Positions 62,857 to 64,000 of a stretch of DNA of 64,000 bases are shown here, piece by piece. The stretch's first letter is position 1, and each line of letters begins with the position of its first letter. Source of the stretch: Felis catus. Lineage: Eukaryota. The DNA is taken from assembly GCF_018350175.1 (NCBI RefSeq), contig NC_058368.1, forward strand, positions 110,672,001 to 110,736,000. The letters are read 5' to 3'. A program made the position numbers and the translations under genes. The notes under the pieces are model-generated. The model saw nothing but the letters and a program-made list of their open reading frames with translations. It was not told the origin of the DNA and made no database searches.

Positions 62857-64000
62857 CCAGAAATGGAAGGACCTACACAAGGTCTGAGGGGGGTGAGGCA
62901 AGGCCAGAACTCAAGCCGCAGGCTCCCCAGTTCTGTGTCCTTTGGGGCAGCCCCTTGAACTAGAGGAAAAGAGGCCTCTCCCCAAATCCAAGCTGGTCTC
63001 CGAAAATACGCTATGCAGAGTGGTCAGAAGCACCAGTTGTTCTTTTCATCCCGACTCCACCACCTTCCTACTGGACGATCTTGGGGATGGAGCATAATGT
63101 CTCCTGGACCTTGGTTTTCTGATCTGTGAAGTGGGGATGATGATAAGGAGCCACATTGCCTGATTTGAGGGTGCACTGAGCCTGTGTTGTGGCTGCGCTG
63201 TTAGGGCTGGGTCAGTGACCTCAGCCACCCCTTCCCCCAACACACCCATTTGGAAATGAGGGAAGTAAGTGCCCTGAGAAGGAAGGGACACACGCATGTG
63301 TACCCAGCTGGGCTGGGAACCAAGACCTTGACCCTTAAAGCCCTTCTCCTGCCCCTCCCCAGAGCAGTGGGGCTGCTGCTTACCTGAAAACTCCCCAGGG
63401 AATGAAGCTTTTGCTACCTAAGTAGGTCATAGAAAGGGAACAAAGGGATGCTTTTTGCCTGCAGAGCCACCTGCTGGGGCAGGGTAGAAACCTTGGTTAA
63501 TAAAGGAGCGGAGTGTTGCGTGACTGCAGACACACAGGCGGGAGGTCCGTGCGGTGCCCCAGGGACAGGACCCAGTGAGAGGCAACAGAGGTTTGTAGGT
63601 GTCCCCACAGCTTGAAGGGAGAGGCAAGGTCAGACAGGGGTGCTGCCAAGGTCTCTCCAAACAGGAGGTCAGGATGGGGTGAGGAGAGGTTCCCCCGGGG
63701 GACCAACCGACAAGGCTTCCAGGACTGGGGCATGAGCAGGGCCTCTGAGGACCATACCTGTAGGAGAGAGAAAAGATGCGCTCCCCATCTGTCTCCACAG
63801 AGTCTCCATTCCACCCCCACAGGGGGAAACTCAGGGCCAGCAGGGGCTACGGGGCCTCCTGATGGCCCCATGATGCTGCCTTCTGGCTGTCATATGGCCA
63901 AGAAGTATTTTATCAGCTCATGGCAGAGCCCGCCATCAGCTACAATTCTTTGGAGTGTTTACTTTTTGCCTTGCTGTTTTCTGTTTTGATTCTGCACACT

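Overview
This is mammalian genomic DNA, very probably from a felid: Can-SINEs of SINEC_Fc type and cat-type L1 3' ends are abundant. The window holds a complete minus-strand VDAC1 gene. Its 8 coding exons (25535 down to 9366) join into an 852-nt ORF (283 aa + TAA) with canonical GT-AG junctions. It has two alternative non-coding first exons in a CpG island (~35.3-37.3 kb) and a ~0.85-kb 3' UTR with AATAAA signals near 8.5 kb. Downstream on the same strand is the first coding exon and CpG promoter of C5orf15 (KCT2), whose remaining exons lie beyond the left edge. The stretch from 37.4 to 64 kb is repeat-rich intergenic DNA, expected by human 5q31 synteny to lead towards TCF7; it contains a strong CTCF motif. 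Most notable: (1) a Ser13->Cys codon in the N-terminal helix of the otherwise near-invariant VDAC1; (2) a U6-L1 chimeric retrocopy in intron 5; (3) intron-1 acceptor sequence that lines up with the mouse 'plasmalemmal VDAC1' leader but carries an in-frame stop; (4) several unusual retrotransposition footprints: a triple TSD, a ~33-nt micro-L1, a tail-less SINE and a spacer-less SINE palindrome. I see no prokaryotic-type system (CRISPR etc.) and no convincing novel protein-coding gene. Repeat family names and comparisons to human/mouse sequence come from recall and need database confirmation.
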